Below, one piece after another: positions 61,630 to 64,000 of a stretch of 64,000 nt of DNA. Under the pieces are notes generated by a model, which was not told the DNA's origin, ran no database searches, and saw only the letters and a list, made by a program, of their open reading frames with translations. A program made the position numbers and the translations under genes. How positions within the stretch are numbered: position 1 is the first letter of the stretch; each line of letters starts with the position of its first letter. Source of the stretch: Tubulanus polymorphus (lineage: Eukaryota > Animalia > Nemertea); NCBI RefSeq assembly GCF_964204645.1, contig NC_134025.1, positions 1,054,001 through 1,118,000 on the forward strand. The letters run 5' to 3'.

Positions 61630-61802
61630 GATCCACAATATTAAGATTTAACGACAAAAGAATCTACTTCAGCTGACATTTTGTGCTAGATGCATCTCTG
61701 AAGATCTGGGTAGAAGCGTTTTACCGGAAATGTCGGTGTAACAGATCTTCATCATTAAATCTTCGGTATTGTGGGTTTTTCTATATACACTTCATAGACC
61801 GC
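61630..61802. mobile_element. Hammerhead palindrome family 2, second copy
   Basis: atctCTGAAGAtctgggtagaa..ttttaccgGAAAtgtc; flanks and tail atatacac..catagac shared with 4140-4345. Confidence 0.6.
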
Positions 61803-63116
61803 GACTTGTCTATATTGATTTCATTTTGAAATGATGTAATGATATCGATCGTAAAGTAAAGTAAACAAAGAATGAAATAATGGTTGCTGTAATGATTATT
61901 TTTTCGTTATAAAACGAAATTTGCTGAGTTTTTTTTTTTTTGAATGTGTGTGAATGAATGAAGGTAAACTCGTCATTATTTCGGGAGTTTTCAATATAAA
62001 TAGTTTAAATAATAATTGTTTATTTATAAAGATATTTATGAACAGGAGCTGGAAAAATGAGATATTTTTGTTAGAAGTCTTCCGTGGTTATAATCATTAA
62101 TGGATGCCTCTCATGCCAATCTGCACCGTGTAGAGAAACCTAGTCGTATCGATGCATTGCACCCCATCATCATTTAGATTTGTTTATAAACAACAGTCGT
62201 GTATGAATGAAACTCAGAAAGTATCAAATACATGTTTTAACAACAGAATTGAATTGAATAATGTGTAACTGTGTTTAATATCATCGGTGTGTATCATATA
62301 ACTGTGAGCTATCTTTATCACGTCCTCAAACTCCTCGTACTGTAGTCTCCCTACCATACCCTTCCTACAGTCAGTCCATTCCTCTCTGATTCGAACCTGT
62401 AATCGATGGTAATCATCGCGTCGATGTTTTCAGATGGAATCGTCGTTTAATATTCAGTTCGTATTCATAACAGTTTCCGCGTTGAATCGGAGTCGGTGTA
62501 AAGATAGCTCACGGTAGTAACTGTATTAAACCAATATCCTCATGCAGCCCCTCGCGAGTGAGGACTGCTGGAATGCTTGCTTTACGAAACCAAGAGCGAA
62601 ATAAAAAACAGAAAATCATAATGATAATAATAATAATAATAATAATAATGATGATGATAATTCTATGATATATGACTGGCTAACTGTCTCAGTCCCGATG
62701 TAAGTTCTATTGATGGTAGTGTGATAATGTGTATTAAACCCATGGCTTTGCTTTGCAGTCTGCAAAAAATACTGATTTTAAACAAAGAATAGAATAATGA
62801 AGATTATTGTGTAATAAAGATTTTGAAGCTCCTATAAAAATGCCACGTTGAAATAGTTACGTTGTACATATAAACAAACAGTGATCACTATTCTGGAATT
62901 TTCTAAAGTTAATGTTAAAGAACACGGCATGTAAGATTTAAATCAACCGCATTTTGTGTTTTGTGAATGAAGGTTCTTCTGTGTTCTTATGCTTGTATTG
63001 AATCACTGAATAGATCAAGGGTTCAGAAGGTCACGCAGAATCGACGCAGCAGATACTAGGGGACAGGATCCAGGCTTAGGGGATGAAGGGTCCAAAGAAA
63101 ATGAGAATTTCTTTTT

Positions 63117-63402
63117 TGAATGAATGAATGTTCATATTTGTATAGCGCCGATTTCACTGTAATCAGTGTTCAAAGGCGCTCCCCAGCGGTACAGAAGCGA
63201 CTGGTGAAAAGAAATGTGTTAAGTCCAGTTATAAATGCTGCGAAGCTGTCTAGAGATCGAAGATGAGATGGGAGCGAGTTCCAAATAATGGGAGCATGCA
63301 CGTAGAAAGATCTTCCACCAAATGATTCTCGTCTGTATTTTCTAAAGGTGAGCAGATTCTGCGAGTCGGAGCGTAGAGAACGGGCGGGTGAATACGCCAC
63401 CT
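63117..63402 (-). mobile_element. 5'-truncated L2/CR1-clade LINE 3' end
   Basis: RT C-terminus RSLRS..GGRSFYVHAPIIWNSLP..LNTFLF; 3' stem-loop agcgcc..cactg/cagtg..ggcgct; (CATT)n tail. Confidence 0.85.
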
Positions 63403-63719
63403 GACAATAACACCGACTAAAAACTTAAAATAGAAAACATTTTATCATTCAATAAACAAATGACATATTTATTCCTCTAATTATAAATACAACTATTTTG
63501 GATGATCACAAATGAATGTATGTTTTTCAAGCAATCACAGACGACGACATTTTTTCACAACAACAAAATATTTAAATCTTCTTAATCTCAAATATCGAAG
63601 CAAATGATTTGAAATTGTCTCTAAGATATCGGGAAGTATGAGAATTCTTAACACAACAGCGACTAGAACACATGACTAGAGACTAGATATTGACTATTCA
63701 CTAGATTCATCTAGATTAT

Positions 63720-63938
63720 TTACGACAACTCAACCGCAGCATCCATGCTGAGAGGAGCGTATTTAACGTATCGTTTCTCCGGACTGTGACCCGGACTCGG
63801 AAGATCGAGGCATTTCTTAACGAACACAGCCAGACACAACAATAAAGAAACGCAAGCAACTCCCGAGAAACAAATAACAAATAGAATACCGGGTGAAAAT
63901 GGCAGAACGAACGCGATATCGGTGATAGCTTCAAAATC
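63720..63938 (-). CDS. Terminal exon of a probable single-pass membrane protein (gene continues beyond the window)
   Basis: Acceptor TAATGCAG, then DFEAITD..GILFVICFSGVACVSLLLCLAVFV-KK (TM plus basic stop) and a short tail with YAPL. Confidence 0.5.
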   Translation of the reverse strand, partial: DFEAITDIAFVLPFSPGILFVICFSGVACVSLLLCLAVFVKKCLDLPSPGHSPEKRYVKYAPLSMDAAVELS

Positions 63939-64000
63939 CTGCATTAAACAATTAAAAACCCAAACATCGTTTAACTGACCTTCTTCACCGGTCGCGTCGT

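Noticed and set aside
63939-63979. 41-nt intron linking the window end to the terminal TM exon
   Set aside because: Much shorter than other introns here; the true donor may lie outside the window.

Overview
AT-rich, intron-dense eukaryotic (animal, probably lophotrochozoan-like invertebrate; taxon is inference) genomic window. It holds about 11 protein-coding genes: MyoD-family bHLH (-), intronless peptide-type GPCR (+), UTP14 (+), ACTR6 (-), steroid/aryl-sulfatase (+), TBCE (-), CCDC103 (+), Dispatched/Patched-family SSD protein (+), F-box/LRR (-), TTC27 (-) and Son of sevenless (+), plus the 3' end of a membrane-protein gene. Four gene pairs are head-to-head. Two minor-spliceosome (U12) introns are visible: AT-AC in SOS and GT-AG in TBCE. 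Non-coding DNA carries several MITE families, minisatellites and an L2 LINE 3' fragment. Most notably, two families of small palindromic insertions carry hammerhead-ribozyme cores, on both strands in the best copy. That copy (SOS intron) has a ~38-nt tail and a 14-bp target-site duplication, matching a Penelope-like non-autonomous retroelement. Exon boundaries were read by eye; no database searches were run.
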